From positions 76,012,001 through 76,076,000 of the forward strand of contig NC_043003.1 of the NCBI RefSeq assembly GCF_006345805.1: a DNA stretch of 64,000 bases. The letters are read 5' to 3'. Positions 25,665-40,475 of this stretch are shown one piece after another; positions within the stretch are counted from its first letter, which is position 1, and each line of letters opens with the position of its first letter. This DNA is from Octopus sinensis (lineage: Eukaryota). The position numbers and the translations under genes were made by a program. The notes under the pieces are model-generated. The model was not told the DNA's origin, did not search any database, and worked only from the letters and a program-made list of their open reading frames with translations.

Positions 25665-27939
25665 GTAAGTGCTGAATGAACACACGTCCTTATAAGAACG
25701 ATGAATTCACCGAATTCTTAAACTCGAAACCAGAAATGTTCACGCGTTTTATTTATCTCAACATGTTTTTCTTATCGAACTAGAGGTCACCCCACTCACC
25801 TGATTACACGTACAGTATATCGCACTTTAGCCATGCCCCTTAGGCTAAACACGACTAGGATGGTTTTTGTTTTCTTAGACATAAACACTCTACATTAATA
25901 AAATTCTTTATTGAACAGGTTGATATGACATGACATTGATAGACCTTTCCATTAAAATTTTATTGATATTTTCGTCTTGTTTTTTCTCGTTTTCTTTTCT
26001 GGATATATCTCGCATTTCTTTACGGAGTAGCCATCTTCAGCACGATTTCCTGCTCATGCTAGTTGTTACATTCTACGATCCTGTCTAATTATTGCGATAT
26101 CCGAGCACAAAACACGACGTAGTTAGCGTATAACTCATGTGCTCATAAATGATACTGTCACCTGCGAGCCCTGTGTTAGTGAAAATAGCCCGTCGTAAGC
26201 ACCCTGAGCTAAATAACAATTACCATACTCTCTAACAGCAATCATAAGTTGAAATATAGTGTCCATACAATTAGAAGGGATTATGAGACAATATGAAACA
26301 ATGTCATCTTTGATAATTATTCATTCACCTTTTACCGTTTTCGATACGAGTTTATATCTAGAAACAGCCAAAGAACCCTTCGATACAGACCATTTAGCTT
26401 CTTCCGTAAAACAGGTAACTGTTTCCGTGGTGATTTGAGCAGCAATATCTCATATTTCTCTACTCCCTTTAGCACTTCTCTACATCAGAGTTGACGCCAA
26501 AGTATATCTGAATGCTTCGGCTGATCATATAGATTCTATAGTACAAAAATTGTTACTTGATGGCTGTACAATCAGCTAGAATGACGAGGCATCAATCACA
26601 AAGTGAATGTTATTCAAAATTGCTACGAAAACCACAGTGGTAACCAATACCGGTTGACAGTAGACTACGTGGATTAGCTCCCGCTGTAGCTGGAATGCAA
26701 TGCAATCGAACATTTCTGGTATATTTTTAAGCCACAATTGAGGACCCGCTTTCCTCCGCAATTGTCGTTCGTAGAAATAAAGAAAGCATTTATTTGAAGA
26801 CTGACTCATGATTTTCCAAACAACCACTCTAATTTCCTCGATATATTAATACCATAATTAATTCTAATGCTGGACCAACTCCTTATTACATCATAATAAA
26901 TTCCATTTAACACAGTGTTTCCATTATTTTGTTCATCTCCTGTATGTGCGTTGTAAAGAATTATTTGGCATAACCTATTGAAGTTTTTATTTGCTTACTT
27001 TTATTTCCTATATTCAAATTCAATCGTTGCTCGACATTAAAGACATCTCTGAAAGGTTCAAATACTTATACCCTAGCCACCTAGTGGCGTTTTAGAAGTC
27101 ACTATCATTATCATACTAATGTTTGCATTATGTATCTTTGAATAGTTTTTCCATTTATATCATCAGTATCGTCATGTTATTCATAATTATCATCATCGTT
27201 AGCATTTTTATCAGTAGCATTATTTTTATTGTTTTTATTGCTCTTATTACTATTATCATTGAAATTATTGTTCATTTATTTGATATTTTTGCCATTATTA
27301 TTAAATAAATTAGATTACATGTTTTTCTTTTTTTCTTTTGTCTATTCCAATAAATTGTGTTTCCCCTACTGTTAGATTGGGCTTAGCTGTTCCACTCAGC
27401 GGTGCAGCAAATTAAAGCAACGGAACAGTATGATCTGTAGCGGATCTGCCCTTAGAAGTGCCCTGTCCAATTGTGAATGCTGCATTACATTTGGAGTAGC
27501 AAAACCATAAAACACACGAAATGAAATGGAAGTACAACGACAAAAATAGCAACAACAAGAATATTATCAGTACAGTAACAACAATAACAAAGAGATACTG
27601 CCATAATAATACATTTTAGAGTAAACGCAAATACAACGATTAAACAATAAAAAGTAATGAATGTTAGAAGGGGAAAAAAGGAAAAACACCAGCACGAATA
27701 CAGTAACAACAACAACAACAACAACAACACAACAACAATAAGTAATGGCGCATCAATATCAGCAAAAACATTTGAAAAATTTCTGACTTAGGAATAAAAT
27801 CGATAGAATTTTGTTTTCAAATAAAGAAACCTTATAAATCTGGCAATGAAAATATTGATGATGGAGTCACAGAGAGAGTAGGGTTCCAGTGATTGTTCTT
27901 GATTACAAAAATGGTGATGATAATTATGATGACTCGCTT

Positions 27940-28010
27940 TGATAATAGTGATTATTATTATTATTGCTGTTACTATTGTTATAATTTCAATTTTGCTTTC
28001 GTGATTGTTA

Positions 28011-28087
<77 letters not shown>

Positions 28088-28275
28088 GCGACGCTTTTTG
28101 ATGATGGAAATGTTAATGATGATGTTATTGCTGCCTGTTGCGATATTGATGAAAATATTCTTAATGTTGATGAGGATTATTATGTAAATGATGGTAAATA
28201 TAGTGTTTATTATGAATTTTTATTGTTATTTTTGTCATTATTATTATTATTATTATTGTTGTTGTTGTTATTTCC
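27940..28275 (+). repeat. (ATT)n/(GAT)n trinucleotide region
   Basis: Long perfect ATT run at about 28013-28087 plus degenerate flanks. Confidence 0.9.
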
Positions 28276-28861
28276 GTTACTTTCGTTGTGATAATGAGGA
28301 GAAAAAGGAATTTAATGATACTCTTCAGTGTGGTGATGATTCTGTCGATGACGTTCACGATAGGGAAAGTGAGATAAAGAGCTGTTAATTCACTACTTGC
28401 GTTTCTGATTGTGTGAGTTGTAAAGATAGCAAAAATATAAACAGTACGAAAATAACAGAGGAAAGATGTTGAGGCTATAATTTCGTTGTGAATCTTTATT
28501 TGAGTTTTAAACTGATAATAATTTCAAAAAATGTGAAAATGGATCACTGATATAAACAAAATGGCACAGGAATAAGAGAAAATAATGATAAATGGATATT
28601 AAATATAGGATATTAAAAAGGATATGAAATATGAAGCTCAATTATGAATCTCTCTCTCTTTGTTTCTCTCTCTCTCTCTGTTTCTCTCTCGCTCTCTCTC
28701 TCTTCTCTCTGAAACACGCTTGCTCTTTCTCTTGCTCTCCATCCATCCAGCTCCCTCAGGTGTGATATAAAATTTTTGGTGCCTTCGTATCTAGAATTTC
28801 ATTGAGTATTAAGAGTAGATTTTACTCGAAGGATCAGCTGCGTGTTAAACGAGAAATAGTG

Positions 28862-29289
28862 ATTTCAAATTTTGGCACAAGAAGAAATAGTGATTTCAAA
28901 TTTTGGCACAAGGCCAGGAATTCCGATTATATTGACTTCCAGTGCTTAAATGGTACTTATTTTATCGATCCCAAAATAAATGAAAGGTAATGTTGACCTT
29001 GGCGGAATTTGTAGCAGGTAAAGATGGACGAATTACTTCTAAGAATTTTGCTCAGCGAGATAACAACTCTGATAGCGCGCTGCCTAGTGTTTCAAATTTT
29101 GGCACAAGGCCAGCAATTTCGAGGGAGGAGTTCCGTCGATTACATCGGTCCCAATGCTTATTTTATAGACCCCGGAAGGATGAAATGTAAAGTTGACTGA
29201 GGAGGAATTTAAACTAAGAACGTAAAGAGGGACGAAAACCCACTAAGAGTTTTACTCAGTGTGCTAACGATTCTACCAGTTCCTCGCCT
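28862..29289 (-). mobile_element. Two degenerate copies of tRNA-derived SINE family B
   Basis: Both carry tttcaaattttggcacaaggcc..ttattttat(c/a)ga(t/c)ccc..atgaaa(g/t)gtaa..gttgac..ggaattt. The second ends in tgctaacgattctaccagttcctcgcc, the reverse complement of the family B head. Confidence 0.75.
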
Positions 29290-29713
29290 TTGTTTAAGAA
29301 GTAATACTGTCGTGGTATATTATGGAGATTTACGTTTCAATAATTATGAATAACTACTACACTTGTTTGTCTTCCTAATCCTCTCATGACTACTTACTAC
29401 TGTAAAATAATATATTAGTGTATTGTGAATGGTAGGAAAATATCTTGAATCGAATGGAATGTATGCTTAAGAGATTAGATACGAAGAGTGAACTAAGAAT
29501 TTAATAAGTATGAACAAACGTCCTCAAGAACGCAGGTTGAGATCTCTGTCTGTTCAGCTATAGTATATAAAGTAATTTTAACACGATTATAATCTGATGT
29601 AAGCATAGGTCACTCTATAAATTCAAGTGAATATTCAAAACGTAAGTTTTGGCTTCATGGTATAAAGTTGGTGCATTATTTACGCGCGCCTACACAGACA
29701 CAATACACACACA

Positions 29714-29763
<50 letters not shown>

Positions 29764-30225
29764 ACATAAGATATTTATACACACATCACATGGGAAAATG
29801 CGTGCAAGAGAAATAATATTCTTAAGATTATAAATCTGGAAAACTACAGGACGAGTTATTATACTTGGAAAAGTTCAGGACAAGTAATCGCACCTGGTAA
29901 AGTACAGAACGGGAAAATTTTATTTAAAATATTGTAGCTAAGGATAAATTTTCAAATAAAATATTTAGATTTAGAAATTAGCTTTTATTAAACTAAAAAA
30001 ATTATTACAAGTAATTACTTCTGTTTGCTATTACTTGTTACTTGTATTAAACTTTTTTTAAATAACTCAGAATAGTTTTTGTACTCTAAAAAAATTCATT
30101 TTTTAAGTATTAATTAATAATTAAAAATTTGAAAATAGGTTATAACAATAATAGAACATAATTAGTACAATAATTAGAATGATACAAAAATTAGTCATAT
30201 ATTAAAGAAAAATTTACTTTTTTTT

Positions 30226-30590
<365 letters not shown>

Positions 30591-31589
30591 ATTTTCAAAA
30601 TAAAAAAATGTTAATTATATTCAAGTCCAATTTTTTGGCCTTACTTATATTTTTTCTTGATATTTTACCTCATAACTTTTTTCATACACATTTTTATTGC
30701 ATGAGACAAAAAGAAATGAAATTCTTAACGCTTTCTTCTATCGCTGAAGCTAAGATAAGTATATTTTGCTTTTAAAATAAAAGAAAGTCATTTAGATCTA
30801 AACTTGATTGGAAGCATTACTTACTCTCCTATAACATTACGACAAATTGTGATGTAAAGTTTTTTTCTACTGTACCAAATCTCAATTGTTTATGCCAAAA
30901 TGTAGTCATTGTCCAGTCCTCTTCAAAATTGTTATGAGTTTTTCATTTGGTTAAGAACTGAATGTTAGCTACAAACTCTGAAAGATGCTGCGTGTGAGTA
31001 AATTGCGGCTTTAAGAATATCATTCATATAGATATGTGTGTGTGTGTGTGCATGTATATATATGTATATATATATACATATATAGATATGCATACACACA
31101 TTTATATATGTCTGTCTTTGTGTGTATGTGTGTATGTGTGTGTGCGAATATATATATATATGTATGTGTTTTAAGTATGTAAATACATATATATAATTAT
31201 GTACACATACAAAATCAAATATGTTGAAAACACGGTGGTATATCGTCGCATTTTCTTTTCGCGAGATTAATCCATAGAAATATCGAAATTCACATTGGAA
31301 GTTACTCAGCAGTAAAATTTAATTTCCTCCATTATTGTAGATCTCTATATTACTATGTACATTTTGTAAAGGAGCAAGAAAGCGCTTATTCTATATCTCT
31401 TGGGCTGAATGAGGAAGAAATTTGACGTATATGACTTCCGGGGCATGATCCGTATTCCATTGTCTTTCAACAAATCTTACACAAAGTTTAAGTTTTGGAT
31501 TTATATTGGGTAGAGTAAAGCAGACAAGACTAATGCTTGCGTATGTGTATAAGATAGTGCCTGAGAAAGAAGACTATGACACATGGACA

Positions 31590-31810
31590 AAAGATAATTT
31601 GGGGTTTGAAGAACAACTGCACGTCACACACAATCAAGTGGAAAATCGTTCAGAAATAAATGATATATGTAAATGGATCTGAGAAATGCAAATTATGCAT
31701 AGCTGAAAGATCACACATTCTTTTTTATTTAAGTGTTCCAACACACTACTTCATTCGAGATCCGAAATTTTCAGCCAATGCAAGCATATGGAAAAATTTC
31801 TTTTGGCAAA
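31590..31810 (+). mobile_element. Neptune-like PLE, GIY-YIG C-terminal fragment
   Basis: IIWGLKNNCTSHTIKWKIVQK, GSEKCKLCIAERSHIL and, after a frameshift, RSEIFSQCKHMEKFLL. Confidence 0.75.
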
Positions 31811-31971
31811 TTGCTGGAGACTGCCATCTATGGTCTGAGCAGCTGTATGTGTATGTATATATATGTACATGTATATTGGCATGTATGTCCTCAGGTCTGC
31901 TTATAAGCAACTAATTGAGCGAGTATAAGTGTACACATATGGGTGCATATGTATGTATGTATGTATGGACA

Positions 31972-32121
31972 GGTATTTTGAGAATACGAATCTGCTTTTA
32001 TGCACACAAAAATTATTTTTTTCGTGTCTTTTTTGAAGTAGAGGCGATTTGGCCACTGAATAGAAAATACAAGAAAAATATTTTTATTCGCATAAAAGCA
32101 GATTCGTAATCTCAAAATACC
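31972..32121. mobile_element. 150-bp MITE-like hairpin element with 32-bp terminal inverted repeats
   Basis: ggtattttgagaatacgaatctgcttttatgc (31972-32003) versus gcataaaagcagattcgtaatctcaaaatacc (32090-32121), 1 mismatch. Mirrored peptides LRIRICFYA and LRICFYA appear in opposite-strand ORFs. Confidence 0.75.
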
Positions 32122-32965
32122 GCTAAACCCTATTTATCCTTTCAATATCACTAACCCCTATTTTACAGGTTATTAGCGAACCTACTTAACCACTTATTTA
32201 CTCATCATAACCTTCTCACGTACTAATGAACACTACTCAACTTCACTCCATATTATAAACTAATTACTGAAATTTATACCTATTTTACATACTACGCTAG
32301 GACACTATTCTCCAGTAATCTAATTCCATTTGATAGCTAGACTATCGATTCAGTTTACATGCTCTAATCTCCCTATCGACTTTGCTGTTCTACGCAGTGT
32401 TCAACTCTTTCTGTTGTTCCTTTACTTAGCCCATTATACTCACATTCTCGTACATATTTTAAATAATAACTTTAGCCTTATACTACGGCCTCCATTGAAA
32501 ATACAGGAACTAACTTACAGGCTATATATTAGTGTCACAGAGGACCATTTAACTACACCGGATATCCCCAATTGCGACAAACTCCCTCGAGGATTACACC
32601 GGCGGTCAACTAGCCATTAGCACCAGATGTTAGAACCTACGACAACAGGAATTATTAAACTAATTAACTATAGGACCTTGGATGTAACTAACTCTCTTCT
32701 CTTCTATCTTCCACCTGATGCATTGAATTATGGACCTTACAAAAATTTTAGACTATTGAATTAACGAATATTTTATTCGTTTCCTTTCCTTTTCTTACAA
32801 CTTCTTTCTATTCTCCTCCTATTCATCTTCGCCATTTAATCGTTCTCATGATGTCTATACATTGCAAGGAAGTAAATGTGAATTTACTCCAGCTTGATAT
32901 ACTGAATCAGCTGAAACTACTTTATCCACTTCTAACTGTTATTATTGTTCCATTTCTTATCGTTT

Positions 32966-33061
<96 letters not shown>

Positions 33062-33314
33062 TGGTGTGTGTGGTGTGAGAGAGAGAGAGAGAAGAGAGGA
33101 GAGAGAGAGAGGAAGAGAGAGAGAGAGAGAGAGAGAGGAAGATAGGATAAGGTAGAAAGTGCGAAAATAATTTTATCATGAAGAACATTTTAGTACCGCT
33201 TTCAGTCTTTACGACTTTCTCAACTTTGAAAAACAATTTTGGGAAAAAATAACATGAAATGTTTTTTAAAACTCTTTCTATAGTTTTCATATATTTGGGA
33301 AATTTTCCTTTCCT

Positions 33315-33373
<59 letters not shown>

Positions 33374-33529
33374 GCTTTACTTTTGTTAAAACTCGGTAGG
33401 TATGTAGTAGCAGGTCTGAAGAAATATTTAATATGAGGGATGTGAATTCTTGGTTTTGACTATTTAAGCAGCAGTAGCCGGCGAGGAAGTTACCGACGGA
33501 ATTTTCGTTCTAACTATCCACTAAACAAT

Positions 33530-34865
33530 AAGGCACAACAAACACGTACCACACGTAATAATCATCAATGACAGCTCCCTAAAGTACCACCTCTGAACAT
33601 GGGATATAGGGACACACTTTTCAATACTCTTCCAAGAACTTGCAACATAAACCACAACTACAGGGTACTCCACACAAACAGAGACCACGTGCATAACAGC
33701 AACCGTTCCAATCACTTCAAACATTTTTTTAGACCCAGTATGCAAACACAGGGATACGAGAGAAAGGCAAACACAAAGGAGAAACCAAAGTGATAAAATT
33801 CATCAATCTAACTCATAAAGAAATAACACCAAACTTAATCAACATACTTTCCAAATGGTTCAAGCTTACACCCCACCCCCACCCCAACGCCACAACTACA
33901 GCGAAATGAAAGAAAACGTTGTGGAATTTTGTAGGATATTATGACCCGCCGAGGAACTATGCGACAAATACAACGAGGACGAATTACCAGTCAGAAATAG
34001 AAGTATCTACACCCCTTCAAAAGATAAGAACAAAATTCTTGACAATTTCTGTGATTACATCTCAAATTACACTTATCAACATATACAGAAACAAAAACAC
34101 AAACGAAACTTCAGCAAATAAGAATGGGCTGAGTTGATCAAATTAAAGGATGATAAAACAATAACAATCACAGAGGCTGATAAAGGGAGTGCATTTGTTT
34201 TAACAGGCAAGGTATACTGTATAACTCTAGTACTATCCGTATTAAAAGACAATATATTATACGTATTACAGGCAACAGAAAATAATGAGAAACCTAAAAA
34301 CTATGTTAAACATATACAGAGAAATACTCACCGACAAGGAATACGATTATATGATTGACGTCAAAAGTAAATCCAGTCATTTCTACGGCGTTCCTAAGAT
34401 ACACAAAGTGAGAAGGGTAGCCACAGATATGATAATCAAGGTACCTACTCCTTATAACCTCAAATTAAGACCTACAATAACAGGTCCCGCATGCGAAATT
34501 CCCCACCTCTAACTTTTTAGATACCATCTTAAAACCCTTCCACAAGCATATCAAAAGCGACACAAGGGGCGACCTACATATGATCAATCACCTCCCTTGA
34601 ACATTAAATATAAACACCCTACTAGTAGCCTTTGATGTAGTCAACCTCTATTCTAATATCCCCCCAGCCAAAGGATAGAGGCAATCCAATTCTGGCTAGA
34701 GAATTACTCCCATACCGCATCAAAAATGAATTCGTAATAGAAGGGCTAAAATTCATGATGGAGAATAACTTCTTCGTCTTCAAACACAACTTCTATCAAC
34801 AGCAATCGGGGACTGCTATGGGTACGAGAACGACCTCCTCTTTTGCTGACCTAGTAGCGAGAAAT
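33530..34865 (+). mobile_element. Penelope/Poseidon-like PLE, N-terminal region and RT, decayed and 3'-truncated
   Basis: LKDDKTITITEADKGSAFV, FYGVPKIHK, LRPTITGP, FLDTILKP, AFDVVNLYSNIP and FYQQQSGTAMGT across shifted frames. Confidence 0.88.
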
Positions 34866-35084
34866 ATGGACAAATTGACTGTGGTTCTAACAATTGCGCC
34901 AAATAGTCGTATTCTTTGATCGTGTACCTTAAACAGTAATGTGACAAAGAAAATGCTTTGCAATATTTATTCTGCTCATTACGTTTTTAATTCAAGTCCT
35001 GCAGAGGAGGTTTTATCTTCTTCTTTCCTGGCATCAAAAAATAAGTGCTAGTCATATACTTGTGTCAATATAATCTGTCTCCGG

Positions 35085-35315
35085 GGCGGCGAGCTGGCGG
35101 AATCGCTAGCACGCCGGGCAAAATGCTACGCGATATTTCGTATACCGTTACGTTCTGAGTTCAAATTCCGCCGAGGTCGACTATGCCTTTCATTCTTTAG
35201 GGATCGATTAAATAAGTACCAATTTCGCACTGAGGTCGATGTAATCGACTTAATCCCTTTGTCTGTCCTTGTTTGCCCCGTCTATGTTTAGCCCCCGGTG
35301 GGCAATAAAGAAATA
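35085..35315 (+). mobile_element. SINE family B, full length, with probable 13-bp TSD
   Basis: ggcggcgagctggcggaatcg (A-box-like), gagttcaaattcc (B-box-like) and tail gggcaataaagaaata. Flanks are tataatctgtctc (35069-81) and tataatatgtctc (35318-30). Confidence 0.88.
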
Positions 35316-36578
35316 TATATAATATGTCTCTTCTCCACTAACTTTTTAAAAAATGTGGCAGTTTTGTGGAATTGAAAGATCGTTACTCTTAAAATATATA
35401 TATATGGTCAATTACGTTCTGAATTCAAATATATGGGTGGTCAACTTTAACTTTCGACCTTTCACTCTGAAAAAAAAATAGGTGCAATTTTAATTCTAAG
35501 GGCGATTTCATCAAATAAACAATTCACATAAATGTTTGCTTTAGTGCTTATGTTAAAAATTATTAGCCAGTATTGAATTGGCAGAATGTATCGATTGAAG
35601 AACAAAATATAGCTAGGAGAAGTAGAACTCGGAATACATAAGGGCGACATACGCATTTATGTTTCGAGAAATAGTGTAAAGAATATTGATAGATACTGAC
35701 GTAATATAGCTATACTCCTCACCAAATTTTATGGCTATATAGCAAATCAATATTATTATCATTTTTAGTGATTATTTTTATTTAAGCTCCCAGTGCAGCT
35801 CTTTTTGTTGTCCACTAGTTATTTATCTCTCAGATCAATCCAGCCCCGGCAAACAAATGGTCGAATCATTGCCGGGTATAGCTATCTAAAAATGTGCTTT
35901 TCCTCTTACGACGTGGAGTGTAATTTGAGAAAAACTTGACAGCGATGTAAAGCAAGATGAACAACCATATAGGATCTTCCTCATTGACTTGATCGGAGTT
36001 CTTGCTTTAATTACTATTATTATCATCATCGTTAACATTACCTATTTATTTATTTATTGTATTAATTCAGCCATAGAAACCGTAATTCCACTCAATACAT
36101 TCATTAGCTGAAACAAATCAAAACCTCCAACAATATAGCTCCTGAACAACAAACGTTGAATGAACATCAAATATTGTAACATTAAATACAACAATAGCAA
36201 TATATTGCCAATCACATTTCAATGCAACAATAACAATACATTGCCGATCCCAATTCAATACTACAATACATTATAAATATGGTAATGAAACAAAACGTTG
36301 AAACTTTCCGATATTAAATTCACAAATAATTATGTAAAACAAACAGAAAATTGTATTTCAAAGTTTCAAACTATCAAAATGTAAACAAAACATTCTTTTT
36401 TTTTCATTTCTATGAAATCCATTCAGACATATCATGTAATCATATCGAGGTGAGGTTCCACATGCACATATGCACACCAACATATACATATAAATACACA
36501 GATCTATGAACGAACACACCACGTCCACCGGTACGCACACATTCACTTACAAGTACACACATTCTCTCTCTCACACAG

Positions 36579-36654
<76 letters not shown>

Positions 36655-36672
36655 ATATATATATATATATAT

Positions 36673-36726
<54 letters not shown>

Positions 36727-37085
36727 AATCTCCATAAGCTCTCGGATCATTGAGGATATATATTTTCTGTATGTAAAACTCCAATATCTTTCTTTACTTC
36801 TATAACGTTGCCGAGCACCGTCTCTCTTCCATTCCATAATACAGATAGAGATGAACGTGGACACGCTCGCTTCTTGATACGCATACACACACAACTCATA
36901 GACATAATCTCACATAGGGAAATAAGTGTACATATCTATGTGTTTTTCCTGTATATATATGTGCATTTTCCAATACACCTTCATTTCCCAGGAAACTCAG
37001 TGATTGTGTAGTTCAGATGGACTCACTACCAATACATACATACATGCATACATACATACATGCATACATACATACGTGTGTGTGC

Positions 37086-37143
<58 letters not shown>

Positions 37144-37879
37144 TATACATAGACATATATATATATATATACATGCATAAATATACATATGTACACATGT
37201 ATACACATATATACATATATGTACATATTCATCTGTGTACGCATATGCATATATATACATATATATATTTACATATATTTACTTACAAAAATGTGTTTGC
37301 CCGTGAATGTGCGAGTGTGTGTGTGCGTGAGTATGTATGTGTTGATGTGAGTCTTCGTTTGTATAGATGTGAGTATATATAAGAGTGGAAATAAGTATTT
37401 ACGTATGTATCCGTGTATTTATAGGTACACATTTACGTCTATTTTTCACCTTACTTTCAAACTTGTCTATACTTTCAAACTTGCCCAAAGTTTTCCATGA
37501 GCTATTTGCAGTTTGTTTTGGTCAGTAAAATTCATGAATCCATCAACATTTATCGAACTTACTGATTTTATCTTCTGAATTATGTGTTGTTGGATTATGT
37601 CGCTTCTGTTTTCTGTAATGTAAGCTAGGACGTCGCGAGTAGTTTGGACATTAATACTCGTCTTCCATTTCTTCAACTACAAGCTTATACATTATGAGCC
37701 TCCTGCTTTTATACGCACACGCACTCACACACAAAAGTACACACGCACAAACACACACACATACTCACACACAAACACACACACACACACACGCACACAC
37801 ACACACATATATACGTTACGATGGGTAAATTGTCGCCACATTATATATTTAATTTCACGTATGCACGTTGTATTTTGGT

Positions 37880-39085
37880 GGGTGTATATTTTTCCATTAC
37901 ACAGTATAGTTGGGCACCGTCTGTGAGATAACAGCACCATGACACAATTCACTCTGCCAGAAATTTGGAAAAGACAAGCTGTAATGTGTGGCATTCGCGC
38001 CGAAATCTCCAATACGATCATTTCAGAGTGTTTGAGTGTCAATCCGAGAACAGTGCCGAGGATTCGGAAAGAGTTTGAGTGGTCTTATGGTCATTACGAA
38101 AATACAGCAGCTCGGAGAACTCACTCTGTTCGTTTTGTTGAGAAAAGGATTCCTGAATTTGTTGGTGAGATCCAGGTCATGATTGACATCGAACTCCCCC
38201 CTGTCAGTCAGGTACATGGCGGTGTCTCAATTTCTCATTAGGCATGTCTTAATTTCTCAGGTAATTGCATGAAGACATTCGGCATTCCTCCTACAAGATA
38301 AGAAGAAGCTAATTTTTATCCCAAACCACCAAGTACAAGAGGAAAGATGCACAACGAAGCTCTTCTAAGCTTTTGAACAAACTCAAGCATACCATCCCAC
38401 CGAACCTGTTTTGTTTTTTCTCAGACGAGCAATATTCTGACAGGATTAGATAGTGAACACTCAGAACAAAAGTTAGCCTGCCCTGTCTTCAAAACATTAC
38501 CAAGAGGGATAAAAAACAAACATCCAGACAACATCATGCTTTTTGGAGTGAGCGACGTTATACCTCCGTTAATCTTCACACACGGCCTCAGACTCAACAC
38601 GCATGCCTACATCAAGTGCCTGGACGAGGTAGTATAGCCCTGGGTCAAGAATGTGGCTGCTGGAAGATCCTATATCTCGCAACAGGACTATGCATCATGC
38701 CACACACATGACGGAGCACCTAGTCATGACTTTCAGACAATTTCTAAGACCATACCCCGCCTCTCATCTCGCCACTTATCTGCCCCGACCGCAGCCCCTC
38801 GACTATTATGTGAGGGTAGCAGTTTAGCGAAAGACAAACAGAACTTTTTGTAGCACCAAAGAAGAACTGAAGGAAAGCATAAGAACAGCTTTCACCAACT
38901 TAAACAAGAAGACCGTCCACAAGATTTGCGGGAGATTCCAAAGTCTTCTGGAGGCCGTTGGTTGCAGCCAATAGCGATTTTTAAAACTAAATTTACTCTT
39001 AAGTAGTTCAAGATATTTTTAATGGAATTTTGGTAAATATATCTGTTAAGATGAGTTGTTAGTGTAATTTTCAATCTCGTGTAAT
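37880..39085 (+). mobile_element. maT (DD37D-type) Tc1/mariner transposase relic
   Basis: PEIWKRQAVMCGIRA..VNPRTVPRIRKE, CFFSDEQ, KHPDNIMLFGV, LRLNTHAYIKCL, GRSYISQQDYASCH, LDYYV and AFTNLNKKTVHKICGRF. Confidence 0.85.
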
Positions 39086-39132
39086 TTAGACGACAATGCA
39101 TTCACTACACACAGTATATATATAAAATTATT

Positions 39133-40475
39133 AAAGACGACAACAAACATTAAAGCAAGACAAACATCACAAGGCATATACATTACCATTATTGTAAAAA
39201 TGCAAAGTCTCACGGCTGTTTCTGGGATATCTCACAGTATGGGATATTCCGTCATCGGAGACAAAAAGGGAAGTGTGAAAGGTTAAGATTAATGAAACGA
39301 TGACTCAGAGAACAGGAGAAAAGAAATAAAGAAATAAAGAAAAAGAAGAAAAAAGAAGCATAAAATTTCACAGTTCAACTTTCCTATAATTGCCTGCTTA
39401 ACACCCACTCGCATTTCACTCGATTTAAGAATACTAACATCAAACCCTCAAACATGCCTCTAACATGCACTAGGAATCACACAACCCCAAATTTGCCTAA
39501 TAAAAGTGGCGTGAGACCCATTCACTGGCACACACACCCGTTCGCTGTAAACGGCAAGGTCCTTGCTAAAGCAGTCTTTAAAATAGTATACCTAAATTTC
39601 CCACGTAATCACAAATACAATTCTATATTTAACAGATCCACTACACCAAATATAGAATCTATTATCCTCTACACCAAATATAGAATATATTATCACTACA
39701 TCTAACAAATGTAAACTTAGCTCTTACTATCTAAATGCATAGAACTCAACCATAGACCTACACAACGAAAACAATAACACTGCTCGCAATAACATATCCA
39801 ACACTCCTAGCACTAACACTTTAAATAACTGAAACATACATAATATAAGCCCCCGCCTCTCAGGAAAACGGGTGCACAGTTTTTTTTTTCTTTTCTTTAC
39901 GTTATCTTCATTTACCTCCTCCTCTCTCATTATTTATTCTTATGTCTTCATTTATCTTTTTCTCTATTTTTGTACATTATATATTTATATACATTATTTT
40001 ATCCTTCATACCAATCCTTGCTTTACTCCTGATTCCCTACCAATACCTTCCTTTCTATTTGTTTTGTTTTTCTTATCCCTTAATAGCCTCGTCCGCTACG
40101 ATTCTCTTATGAAAGATCGTTAGGTTTACGTTAATCTCAGGATTTTTACAATATTAAGCTTATAACCATACATAGACTTACATAGGATTGCATCTAAGGA
40201 CTTATGATCTAACATCTACACTATAGGAATGTTGAACAAGGAACTTTTATGCTTCTTTTCTTTTCTTTTTCTTCATTTCATTATTTCTTTTCTCCTCTCC
40301 TCTATGTCATCGTTTAATTAATCTAAACCATTCATATTTCCCTTATTTTCCCCGGTGACGGAATATCCTATACTGTGGAATAACCCAGAAACAGCTGTAA
40401 TACTTTGCATTTTTTTCAATAATAATAAAGTATGATTTGTGATATTTGTCTTGCCTTAACGTTTGTTGTCCTCTT
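39133..40475. repeat. About 250-bp diverged inverted repeat pair (39133-39379 / 40231-40475), each arm with a decayed hammerhead-like motif
   Basis: The reverse complement of the right arm aligns along the left arm (gacaacaaac.ttaa.gcaagacaaa..atgcaaagt..cagctgtttctggg..cacagtat.ggatattccgtca.cgg..gaagcataaaa..gttcaac). Confidence 0.85.

Noticed and set aside
25990-26045. Minus-strand CTGAAGA-TGG...CCA-GAAA
   Set aside because: A core and stem II base are present, but no stem III, NUH site or stem I follows.
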